64,000 bases of DNA, from NCBI GenBank assembly GCA_028679075.1, contig JAJRCF010000011.1, positions 9,217 to 73,216 of the forward strand. The letters are read 5' to 3'. This stretch comes from Methanoregula sp. (GTDB lineage Archaea; Halobacteriota; Methanomicrobia; Methanomicrobiales; Methanospirillaceae). Under the pieces are notes generated by a model, which was given only the letters and a program-made list of their open reading frames with translations, did no database searches and had not been told where the DNA came from. Shown piece after piece: positions 50,151-58,639 of this stretch. Position 1 is the first letter of the stretch, and each line of letters begins with the position of its first letter. Both the position numbers and the translations under genes were made by a program.

Positions 50151-51152
50151 GTGAGAATCATCATCCCTTCGCCGGGACAACTCCCCAGGTTCTATATGCC
50201 GGACGTTTCAGCTCGTGCCAGTATCCACCGGAAAAGTATGCAGGACTATTACGAAGGGCTCGCATCCGGGCGGGACGGCCGGCACGAGGATGCATTGACC
50301 TCTTTTTCCCGTGCACTGGCATCCGATCCCACCCTTGCCATTGCCTGGGTGGGCCGGGGGTTTGCGCTCGGGAAGCTGGGACGGTACGAAGAGGAGATCG
50401 AGTGTTGTGACAAGGCAATCCAGCTTGACCCGCGGTGTGCTGATGCATGGGTCAACAAGGGATTTGCCTGCGGCATGCTTGACCGTTTCGATGAGAAGAT
50501 CGCGTGCTGTGAACAGGCATTGCAGATCGATCCGGAGAACGCAACGGCCTGGAACAACAAGGGTGTTGCCTTAGGGATGCTCAAAAAGTTTGAAGCGGAG
50601 ATCCGCTGCTGCGACCGTGCCCTTGAGATCCGGCCGCGGTACCTTTCCGCATGGGTCAACAAGGGATTTGCCTGCGGAAAACTGAAACGGTTTGAGGACG
50701 AAGCCGCCTGTTATGACCGTGCCCTGAAAATTTATCCGTTTTACCAGTCCGCCCTGCTCAAGAAGGGCATTGCACAGATCAACCTGAAGAACTACGAAGA
50801 GGCCATCGAAACACTGGACCGCACCCTCGCCATTGAGCACAGGAATGCACGGGCCCTGTACCGGAAAGGCCTTGCCCTCTCCATGCTGGGACGGCATGCG
50901 GACGCGATCGGGTGTCTTGAACAGGCGCTGGAAATCGATCCGTCTATTGCTGACGCGTGGGTGGTGATGAGTAACTCCTGCTTCATGATCGGACGGCTGG
51001 AAGAGTCTGCACGTGCGTTCGACCAGGCCTACTACCTTGATGTAAAGGATGTCCGCACGGGCGTTGTCAAGGGGTTATCGTTACTGAAGAACGGTAAGTT
51101 TGACGACGCGCTCCGCAGTTTTTCGGATGTGTTCGGCATCCTGCTCAGGTAA
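50151..51152 (+). CDS. Tetratricopeptide repeat protein (start may be 50196 or 50238)
   Basis: About 8 tandem 34-aa repeats (AWxNKG...AL-x-IDP); the DNA repeat GCATGGGTCAACAAGGGATTTGCCTGCGG occurs twice. Confidence 0.92.
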   Translation: MRIIIPSPGQLPRFYMPDVSARASIHRKSMQDYYEGLASGRDGRHEDALTSFSRALASDPTLAIAWVGRGFALGKLGRYEEEIECCDKAIQLDPRCADAWVNKGFACGMLDRFDEKIACCEQALQIDPENATAWNNKGVALGMLKKFEAEIRCCDRALEIRPRYLSAWVNKGFACGKLKRFEDEAACYDRALKIYPFYQSALLKKGIAQINLKNYEEAIETLDRTLAIEHRNARALYRKGLALSMLGRHADAIGCLEQALEIDPSIADAWVVMSNSCFMIGRLEESARAFDQAYYLDVKDVRTGVVKGLSLLKNGKFDDALRSFSDVFGILLR

Positions 51153-51216
51153 TTTCCGGGCCCCTCCGGGATCATGATACTCCGCCTTTTTATGCCTGTT
51201 TCACGTACAGAAAAGT

Positions 51217-52551
51217 ATGGATGTCGAGGAGTATGCCCGCAGGGGACTCGCAGAAGGTACTGAAGAAAAAACCCTGCAGGAAAAGCTGGCTGATCACATT
51301 GTCCGGATGAAAAATGCCAGCCCCTCCTATGCATCAGCGTTCGCCCGCGCCGTTATTGAAGAAGTGAAGAACACTCAAGGGTTGTCCGGCGACTTTTTTA
51401 CCTTTGAACCGGCCGGCGTCCGGATGGGCGAGTTCGGCGTGGGTTCCCGGGGAAAAGGGGATTTTTTTGCCCACCGCCAGATCGCCCGCATCATCGGGAA
51501 GACGTCTGCCTCCGTTGGTGTTGACGAGATGGACGATGCCGGTGCGGTCTGTGCCGGGGGAAAATACATCATTTGCACGGTCGACGGGATGCACTCGCGC
51601 CTTTCGGATTTTCCGTACCTTGCCGGTTTCCACGTGACCCGCGCAACGCTCCGTGACGCGTACGTGATGGGGGCAAAACCGATCATGCTCTTCTCGGATA
51701 TCCACGTTGCCGATGACGGCGATGTGGCAAAGATCTTTGATTATACCGCAGGTATCACGACCGTTGGCGAGGCAATGGACGTGCCGCTTGTCACCGGATC
51801 GACCCTGCGCATTGGTGGCGACATGGTGCTTGGCAGCCGGCTCACCGGGTGTGTCGGTGCCGTGGGCGTGGCCGAACACCTGACTGCCCGGAAGTCCACG
51901 CAGCCGGGGGATGTCCTCCTGATGACGGAAGGTGCCGGGGGCGGGACGATTGCGACAGCCGCGATCTATTCAGGGTTCCCGGAAGTTGTCGAAGAAACAA
52001 TCAACCTGAATTTCCTCATGGCCTGCGAGGCGCTGATGAAGAGCAGCGTCTTTACGCAGATCCACGCGATGACGGATGTGACGAACGGGGGGCTCCGCGG
52101 CGATGCGTTCGAGATGGCCGAGACTGCCGGCTGCCGGATCGTCATTGACGAGTCAGATATCGGCAGCCTGGTCCAGTCCCAGGTGAAGGAGATGCTCGAA
52201 GCGCTGAAGATTGATTACCTTGGCGTTTCGCTTGACTCCCTGCTCGTGGTTGCACCGGCCGGAGCTGCCGATGAGATCTGCCGCGTGATCCGGTCGGCCG
52301 GTGTCACGATGAAGCAGGTCGGGCACGTGGAAGAGGGGAAGCCGGAAGCGGTGCTCCGTGCCGGTGGTAAAGACCATGACTTCTCGCCCCGGTTCCGTGA
52401 ATCCGCGTACACTCCGGTGAAGAAGGTGGCGGATACGGAGATGCGTGACTTTGAGGAGATGAAAGCGGGAGTGGTGCGTGCCTCTGAAGCGGCGATACAG
52501 AAAAAGCAGCGGGTGCTGAGCCGGCTGCGGGCCGGGAAGGGCGGGTTTTAA
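51217..52551 (+). CDS. AIR-synthase-related protein (PurM/HypE/SelD superfamily)
   Basis: MGEFGVGSRG-x-GDF, DDAG, VDGMHSRLS, HAMTDVTNGG-x-RGD and LGVSLDSL. Confidence 0.8.
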   Translation: MDVEEYARRGLAEGTEEKTLQEKLADHIVRMKNASPSYASAFARAVIEEVKNTQGLSGDFFTFEPAGVRMGEFGVGSRGKGDFFAHRQIARIIGKTSASVGVDEMDDAGAVCAGGKYIICTVDGMHSRLSDFPYLAGFHVTRATLRDAYVMGAKPIMLFSDIHVADDGDVAKIFDYTAGITTVGEAMDVPLVTGSTLRIGGDMVLGSRLTGCVGAVGVAEHLTARKSTQPGDVLLMTEGAGGGTIATAAIYSGFPEVVEETINLNFLMACEALMKSSVFTQIHAMTDVTNGGLRGDAFEMAETAGCRIVIDESDIGSLVQSQVKEMLEALKIDYLGVSLDSLLVVAPAGAADEICRVIRSAGVTMKQVGHVEEGKPEAVLRAGGKDHDFSPRFRESAYTPVKKVADTEMRDFEEMKAGVVRASEAAIQKKQRVLSRLRAGKGGF

Positions 52552-52637
52552 AAAATATTTTTTGGGCCACGTGCGAAAAAAATTTTTGTGAACGTAAATT
52601 TTTTTAGAAATTTTTTGATACAGTGCCTGCTCTCACA

Positions 52638-52910
52638 ATTTATTTTTCCTGAGGAGTAAGGGGTCTCATGAATTATTTTTGATGAGGGGGTAGGGGGGTC
52701 ACGCAAATTTTTTAATGAGGGGTACCCCCCCTCAGTAAAAATTTTTCGTGAGGGTCTGCCCCTGTTTTCGAAACGGTTTACGACGGGACGCTGTGTTTTT
52801 GCGTGGGGAAAATCGTGAGGGGTAGGGGATGTGAGCGAAAAAATCTGATGAGGGGAGTGGGGGCTCAGGCAAATATTCTGGTGAGGGGTCGGGGGGATTG
52901 GAAACCCTGT
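52638..52910 (+). repeat. Degenerate 33-bp tandem array (A/T-tract followed by TGAGGGGTAGGGG)
   Basis: TGAGG at 52650, 52683, 52716, 52749, 52816, 52849 and 52882; one degenerate slot near 52782. Confidence 0.85.
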
Positions 52911-52982
52911 CCCACACCGGTATACGACGGAATCCAGCCCCGTAACCTCCTCTTAGATAGTGCAGATCCGGACTCATGCAAA

Positions 52983-53078
52983 ATACCTGTCACAGGTCAC
53001 TGACCTGTCCGATGCACCTGACCTGTCACGGGTCAGATACCTGTGACAGGTCAACTGACCCGTATTAGGGAGCCCTAA
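52983..53078. repeat. Palindromic 9-bp lattice of TGACCTGT sites followed by TTAGGG-AG-CCCTAA
   Basis: Eight TGACCTGT-like cores in alternating orientation; palindrome centres at 52991, 53000, 53027, 53045 and about 53054. Confidence 0.88.
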
Positions 53079-53615
53079 AACTGCGATCCAAAACAGGGGT
53101 TCTTTTCGGTTTCCAGGACCATAGCCTGTTTGAAAAACGATCGGCCATCCAATTGCGTCTATTAGCCTATATTATATTCTTCGACGGAGAAAATCCAATC
53201 CGGGCCCGTATCGGGTGGGAAAATCTCCTTATTGTATCGTTTTTTGGGAATTAGACACGTTTGAGTGGGGTCAGGCTGGTTCCCCGTTATCGGTCTCCGA
53301 CGGTGAGTGGAGTTTGTGAGAGGGTATCTTCCCGGGAGTATTCCGGAAGGATGATCTCCGACGTGAAATTTGCTTTTACGTCAGGGATGATCTTACAGGC
53401 CCCCTGTTTGTGAAAAACCACGAATGTGTTTCTGACAGTGGGGGATGTTTTAGTGGGTGGAGTGTTGGGGGTGTGGGATGAGTGGACCGGAATATTTTCC
53501 GGGCCGGGAAATTTTTTGTAAAAAAGATTTAGGAAAAAAATCTAAAAAAAATTTAGAGAAAATTTCTCAATGGAAAATTTATTGAACCGTGCTAGGTTGT
53601 ATTGATCATGAAAAT

Positions 53616-53725
53616 TGTGATGAACGGCCGCCGCCCCGAAGGGCGCCCCGCGGCGGATCAGTGACGAAAAGCAAAATACTCATTGCCCCGCCGCGCCTCG
53701 GAGAGGCCCTGAGGCGGGAGGCCTC
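53616..53725. repeat. Structured GC-rich dispersed repeat, copy 1
   Basis: CCCCGCGGCGGATCA (53646-53660) and TGCCCCGCCGCGCCTCGGAGAGGCCCTGAGGCGGG (53684-53718) are shared with copy 2. Confidence 0.85.
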
Positions 53726-53794
53726 ACAATTTTTTATGGTTTCGGTGTGAACTTGATCTGTTGATACCCGTTTCCGCAGGGTTAAAATTCCCGG

Positions 53795-54523
53795 TTATTC
53801 CCGGGGCTTCTTAGCACTCACAAAAATATTATACGCCAGTTGCGGCACCCGCTTCTCGACAAACGGCTCGATCTTGCTGGCAAGGTTGTACAGCGGGTCG
53901 ATCATGTCGATGTGGGCAAACGAGCACCACTTGACCGCAATGTCCGAGAACCCGGCCTGGTTGAACAGGTCGTTCATCTCGTCTTCATTGTAATAATGCT
54001 CGCCGAAATCCTTCATGACCACGTGCCTGACATTCATCTTCTCGCTGATCTGGTACAGTGCCGGGATGCCCCGGGTCAGGAGTTTTTTCCCAAGCGTGCA
54101 GATCGCAATCGCACCCCCGGGCCGCAGCACGCGATACGACTCCGACAACATCGTCTCCGGGTCCCTGACATAACTGAACACCAGCAGGCTGGAGACGGCA
54201 TCGAACGAATTGTTGCGGAACGGTAACGTCTCGCCATTCCCCTCGGCAAACTCACACCCGGCGCAACGGTGGCGCGCCCGTGCGGTCATCTTCCGGCTGA
54301 TATCGAGGCCGACCGCGGTCCCCCCGTGGCGGAGATACTTCTCGACAAAGAGACCTGTCCCGCACCCGATATCGAGGAGGTCGCCCTTTTCCGGCAGGGC
54401 TTTGATGAGATAATTGCTGATGTGGGTGTGGTAGTTCCGGCCGCGGGGATGATCGTAGTGGTGGTCGTACGTATCCGCAACGCTGTCATAATGGTCGCGG
54501 ATCTTCTCCTGCCTGACGGTCAC
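53795..54523 (-). CDS. Class I SAM-dependent methyltransferase (UbiE-like)
   Basis: LLDIGCGTG, GLDIS, LPFRNNSFDAV and RVLRPGG. Confidence 0.9.
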   Translation of the reverse strand: MTVRQEKIRDHYDSVADTYDHHYDHPRGRNYHTHISNYLIKALPEKGDLLDIGCGTGLFVEKYLRHGGTAVGLDISRKMTARARHRCAGCEFAEGNGETLPFRNNSFDAVSSLLVFSYVRDPETMLSESYRVLRPGGAIAICTLGKKLLTRGIPALYQISEKMNVRHVVMKDFGEHYYNEDEMNDLFNQAGFSDIAVKWCSFAHIDMIDPLYNLASKIEPFVEKRVPQLAYNIFVSAKKPRE

Positions 54524-55515
54524 GGGAAGGTCTCCTGTATTCCTGCGGTGAGTGCGCCGATCTGGATGTATTCGTTATTTGCATGCCGCATCCGGTATTC
54601 GGCATCGGCAAGGGCGATAGCAAGTGCAGGATGGTTGTACTCACGTTTCAGGACTTTCCTGATCTCGGAGAGGACCTCGCTGCCGGAAAGGCCGGAATCG
54701 ATCATCAGGGATTCGAGGCGACGGGTCGCGACCCGGACATCCCCTTCCTTGAGCGCGGCAATGGCCGATGTGGCAATGTTCCCGGTCTCTGACTGCGAAA
54801 TGGCAAACAGGTCCTGGCATTTCCCGGTCTCGAACGCGACCTGCGTGAGGAGGATCGCACGCCGCATATCGCCCGCGGAGGCCTGCACGATCAGGTCAAG
54901 GTCATCATCGGAACAGGTTGTGTTCTCCGGGTTCTCCCGGTCCTTGATCATCCGGAGATGCGAAAGCACGATCCCCTGATCGACCGGGGCAAAGAACAAC
55001 GGCAGGCAGCGCGATGTGATCGCCGGGATGATCGCGCTCTGGTTCGTTGTCGTGAAGATGAAGCGGCAGGTGTTGCTGGTCTGCTCCATGATCCGGCGCA
55101 GTGCCTGCTGGGCATCGCGGGTCAGGGTATGCGCATCCTCAAAGACCAGGAGCTTGAACTCTGCATCAAGCGGGCGCAGCGAGGCATACCACCTGATGAT
55201 GTACTTGAAATTCGTGATCAGGGACTGGCTCTTCTGGTACAGGTGGGTGTACCGCTCGTCCTGTTCGAGCAGGGCTTTTCCCTGGAGGAAGATGTCCGCG
55301 GTCTGGAACACGGTGGTGTTCTGTTCCCAGTTCTCCCCGTACAGTTCCTTTGCAAAGCATTCGATCGCAATGCTCTTCCCGGTGCCGTGCGGCCCCGAAA
55401 GGATCAGGTGAGGTACGTTCTTGGAGCCGGCAAACGAGGTGAGGTGGCGCATGACTGCGTCCTGTCCCAGGATCTCCTGTGATGAAGACGGCCGGTATTT
55501 TTCAGTCCAGAGCAT
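54520..55515 (-). CDS. rfcS: Replication factor C small subunit (divergent S2-type paralog)
   Basis: WTEKYRP, PHLILSGPHGTGKS, AQQALRRIME and ITSRC; Walker B reads FEDAH. Confidence 0.88.
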   Translation of the reverse strand: MLWTEKYRPSSSQEILGQDAVMRHLTSFAGSKNVPHLILSGPHGTGKSIAIECFAKELYGENWEQNTTVFQTADIFLQGKALLEQDERYTHLYQKSQSLITNFKYIIRWYASLRPLDAEFKLLVFEDAHTLTRDAQQALRRIMEQTSNTCRFIFTTTNQSAIIPAITSRCLPLFFAPVDQGIVLSHLRMIKDRENPENTTCSDDDLDLIVQASAGDMRRAILLTQVAFETGKCQDLFAISQSETGNIATSAIAALKEGDVRVATRRLESLMIDSGLSGSEVLSEIRKVLKREYNHPALAIALADAEYRMRHANNEYIQIGALTAGIQETFP

Positions 55516-56233
55516 GGGACAACCTCACTGTCATCTCACGTATTGCCTCTGACAAAAGATAATGATTATCGGTTGCGGAGAGGAGCCGTTCCCGGTCCGC
55601 GGCCGACAGTTCCCGGCACGCCCGGGTGATCTCCGGCAGCGCCCGGGTCAGTTCATCGACAATGGTGAGGGTCGCCCGTTGTGCCGTGCGGGACAGCGGG
55701 TTGAGGTCGACTGCAATCACCTTCTTTCCCATGGCAACCAGCGCCTCGCACCGGTCGCCGTCTTCTAAGGGAACGATGATGACATCGGCAGAGAACATTC
55801 CCTCCCTCCGGCACCACGCGCGGTCGTGGGAGAGGGGGAGCAACCGTTCGGCCTCACCGGAAAATACATCTGCCCCGGCATCCCGCAGGAGTTTCTCGAT
55901 CCGGGCAACGCGGTCTTCGGTCCGGTGGAAAAGGTTCACTTCCACGAGTGCCCCGGATGCTTTCTGCAGTTCGGCAATTTCATGTGCAGCGAGGGCTGCC
56001 GTATTCCCGTTAACCGAGATGACCGGGCGTTGGGCAGTCATCAGCATTGCCGCGGCGGTCTGTTCTGCAAGGAGTGCACTTGGTGTCGTCCGTTCCCCAA
56101 TCAGGTAGTCAAAGGCCTCGCCCCGCCCGTGGGCAGTAAGGCCTTCCATTGCCACGATCCCCGATCTGGCACATTCCGCAAGGCGCTCGCGGGTGACGAG
56201 CGAGCGGTAGCGTGGGTGATCGGGCGGTATCAT
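55502..56233 (-). CDS. pps: 4-phosphopantoate--beta-alanine ligase (phosphopantothenate synthetase)
   Basis: IPPDHPRYRSL, AHGRGEAFDYL, SVNGN, VPLEDGDR and DLNPLSRT. Confidence 0.93.
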   Translation of the reverse strand: MIPPDHPRYRSLVTRERLAECARSGIVAMEGLTAHGRGEAFDYLIGERTTPSALLAEQTAAAMLMTAQRPVISVNGNTAALAAHEIAELQKASGALVEVNLFHRTEDRVARIEKLLRDAGADVFSGEAERLLPLSHDRAWCRREGMFSADVIIVPLEDGDRCEALVAMGKKVIAVDLNPLSRTAQRATLTIVDELTRALPEITRACRELSAADRERLLSATDNHYLLSEAIREMTVRLSHALD

Positions 56234-57096
56234 GGTCTCTCCCCGGTGATGCGTGCGCCGGTCCGGGCCACGGCACATTCGTACACCTCGCCGAACTTCG
56301 CGAGGAGATCCCGGGCATCGCGGCCGTACGCGAATACGCCATTTCCGAGCATGGTCATGCTTGCGGGAATACCATGGGCCCCGCAGTGCTGGATGACCTC
56401 CCGGACTTGGCGGGTAACGAGCCCGCTGGCAACAGCAAACTCCTGTGAGATCCGGAAGAGATCGTCAATGTTTTTTGGCGACCTGCGGGGAAATGCGGAG
56501 GAGACTCGTTCCATCTGCTGCTGCGAGCCTAAGACTGACGGGGTGTGGATGGGCCCGAAACTTACTGCATATACGGATCCGGTCAGATCATACCGTCGCT
56601 GGATTGTGGCGTCGATACCCGGCCCTTTCCGGACAACCCAGCCCCCGCTCTGGCATGCGGCAACGTCCCCAAGACCGGTCCGGTGCATGACCTCTGCTTC
56701 ATGGGCAAGCAGGGCGATATCATGGGCGGTCAGGTCCAGGCCGTATAACCTGTCAAGGGCAGTCAGCGTGGCAAGCAGGGCTGCTGCCGAAAGCCCGAAC
56801 CCGGCGCCTATCGGGAGGTGGCATTCCGTGACCACCGATGCGGTGACGCCAAGCCGTTCCATGACCGATGAGAGCAGGGGGGAATCGCCCGCGTATTCGC
56901 TTCTCGTGCCGTTTGCATCCACGCGGTCCACGCGGATGGATGTCCTCCCGGCTTTTGTTACGGTGGCAGCAACACCTTTGTCAATGACAATCCCTGCACC
57001 AATGCTCCCGGTATCCGCTCTTGTCGTACCATTGACGCGTTTGAAATAGCCGGATATATGGCCGGGGCAAAAAGCGGTAACCGTTCCAGGTCTCAT
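56230..57096 (-). CDS. pok: Pantoate kinase (GHMP family)
   Basis: FCPGHISGYF, GSIGAG, PIGAGFGLSAA, AHEAEV-x3-TGLGDV and SMTMLGNGVF. Confidence 0.93.
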   Translation of the reverse strand: MRPGTVTAFCPGHISGYFKRVNGTTRADTGSIGAGIVIDKGVAATVTKAGRTSIRVDRVDANGTRSEYAGDSPLLSSVMERLGVTASVVTECHLPIGAGFGLSAAALLATLTALDRLYGLDLTAHDIALLAHEAEVMHRTGLGDVAACQSGGWVVRKGPGIDATIQRRYDLTGSVYAVSFGPIHTPSVLGSQQQMERVSSAFPRRSPKNIDDLFRISQEFAVASGLVTRQVREVIQHCGAHGIPASMTMLGNGVFAYGRDARDLLAKFGEVYECAVARTGARITGERP

Positions 57097-57225
57097 GGAT
57101 GTCCCATCGTGTAATAACCGTTGGTCTTTTTGGACTTTAAGGAATTGTAAAGAAAATAGATCAGAGTAAATGAGCAGGGATGATCAGATTATAATGAAGG
57201 AGGTTAGGATCCCCTGACCCCTATT

Positions 57226-57392
57226 ATGATTAACGCCGCCGCAGTCGAAGAATCCTCATGGATTCTTCTCTAGTCAATCCTCGCTGATGCGACGATTGCC
57301 TCCCCGCGGCGGATCAATTACCGTAATAATGATAAGAGATAAAACCGCCATGCCCCGCCGTGCCTCGGAGAGGCCCTGAGGCGGGGAGCTCT
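57226..57392. repeat. Structured GC-rich dispersed repeat, copy 2 (with extra internal hairpins)
   Basis: CCCCGCGGCGGATCA (57302-57316), a 35-nt motif at 57351-57385 (34/35 identical to copy 1), and the hairpin GAAGAATCC-TCAT-GGATTCTTC (57247-57268). Confidence 0.85.
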
Positions 57393-57475
57393 CGTATCAA
57401 ATTAGCATATTTTGGTTTTCTTGGCTCCAGTACGAACCATCAGCATTACGAGATTTAAAAAATAGCCATAATCCC

Positions 57476-58639
57476 TCAGGATTTACCATCGGACATGCGT
57501 TGGATCTCATCCCAGATTTTCCCGGCAACTTCCTCTTTTGTTCCGGTAATCTTACAGGATCCTTTGGACGTGAGCAGCTCGTAGTCCCCGGTGCGGCTGC
57601 CCATGGTCTCCGGGCGGTTCATTAACACCATCGAGACGCCCTTCTTAAGCATCGCCTTTGCCGGCCCCTCCGGCTTCCGGTCGATCTTGAACGCAACCGT
57701 GAATGGTGCGTATTCCTTCACCACTTTATCCAGCAGTTTCGGGAGCGGGGTGAGGTCGATCACCGCAGGCTTTCCGCTCTTAATCTTCCCCTCTTTCCGC
57801 TGCGGGGCAAAGTCCGAGATGGCTGCGGCGCTGATGTAGATGTCGGGCCCGCCCTGTGTTACAAGCTCGTTTCTTACCGCATCCCGCATCTCGCCCGCGG
57901 TCTCTGCACTCACGTTCGTCACGCAGGGAATGGTGTCCCCATGGACAATGGTCACGTCCGCGCCAAGCCGGAATGCCTGCAGGGCCAGTTCCCGCCCCAT
58001 CTGCCCGCTGGACCGGGTGGTCAGGACCCTGACATCATCAACCGGTTCGCGGCAGTGCCCGCTGGTGATGAGCACGCGTTTTCCGGCAAGCGGTTTTCCC
58101 GACACCGCCCGCTCGGACGCAAGAACGATCTCATCGATATCCGCAATCTTTGCCTTACCCTCTTCGATGCGGGGTGCAAGGACACCGATCCCCCAGCCCT
58201 CGAGCCGTGCGATATTTTCCGTCAGGGCCGGGTGCCGGAACATGCTGTGGTGCATGGCCGGGACGACCAGTACTGGCATGCCGCTCCCGATTGCGGTCGT
58301 GGCAAATGTCGTCACGGGTGTATCGTCAATCCCGCAGGCAATCTTGCTGATGGTATTTGCCGTGCAGGGTGCGATGAGGAGGAGGTCTGCGCTCCCGCCA
58401 TCCCCGCAGTAGGTCACGTGTTCCACCATGCCGGAGATCCGGGTGATGGCCGGACGGCCACAGGCATAGGTGATGGCATCGGGGGTAACGATGCCCGCAG
58501 CCGCATCGCTCATGACTGCCTGGACTTCAGCGCCCCGCCGCCGTAATGCATGGACCAGTCTCACCACTTCGACCGCGGCGATACTTCCCGTTACCGCTAC
58601 CACGACCTGTTTTCCGGCAAGGGTCTGTACGGGTGTCAT
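57476..58639 (-). CDS. coaBC: Phosphopantothenoylcysteine decarboxylase/ligase
   Basis: VTGSIAAVE, APCTANTISK, PAMHHSM, EEGKAK, VLITSG, RSSG-x-MG and AAISDF. Confidence 0.95.
   Translation of the reverse strand: MTPVQTLAGKQVVVAVTGSIAAVEVVRLVHALRRRGAEVQAVMSDAAAGIVTPDAITYACGRPAITRISGMVEHVTYCGDGGSADLLLIAPCTANTISKIACGIDDTPVTTFATTAIGSGMPVLVVPAMHHSMFRHPALTENIARLEGWGIGVLAPRIEEGKAKIADIDEIVLASERAVSGKPLAGKRVLITSGHCREPVDDVRVLTTRSSGQMGRELALQAFRLGADVTIVHGDTIPCVTNVSAETAGEMRDAVRNELVTQGGPDIYISAAAISDFAPQRKEGKIKSGKPAVIDLTPLPKLLDKVVKEYAPFTVAFKIDRKPEGPAKAMLKKGVSMVLMNRPETMGSRTGDYELLTSKGSCKITGTKEEVAGKIWDEIQRMSDGKS

Noticed and set aside
52732-53003. Short ORFs 52732-52977 (-) and 52803-53003 (+) as genes
   Set aside because: They are low-complexity translations of the 33-bp array. 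The repeat phase shifts by one base mid-array and neighbouring units contain stops on the plus strand.
52638-53078. CRISPR array interpretation of the periodic repeats
   Set aside because: The units are degenerate and contiguous, with no identical repeats separated by unique spacers and no cas genes.
57176-57222. Possible box C/D sRNA (ATGATCA...CTGA with a short terminal stem)
   Set aside because: Only about 45 nt, box C is mismatched, and there is no convincing C'/D' pair.
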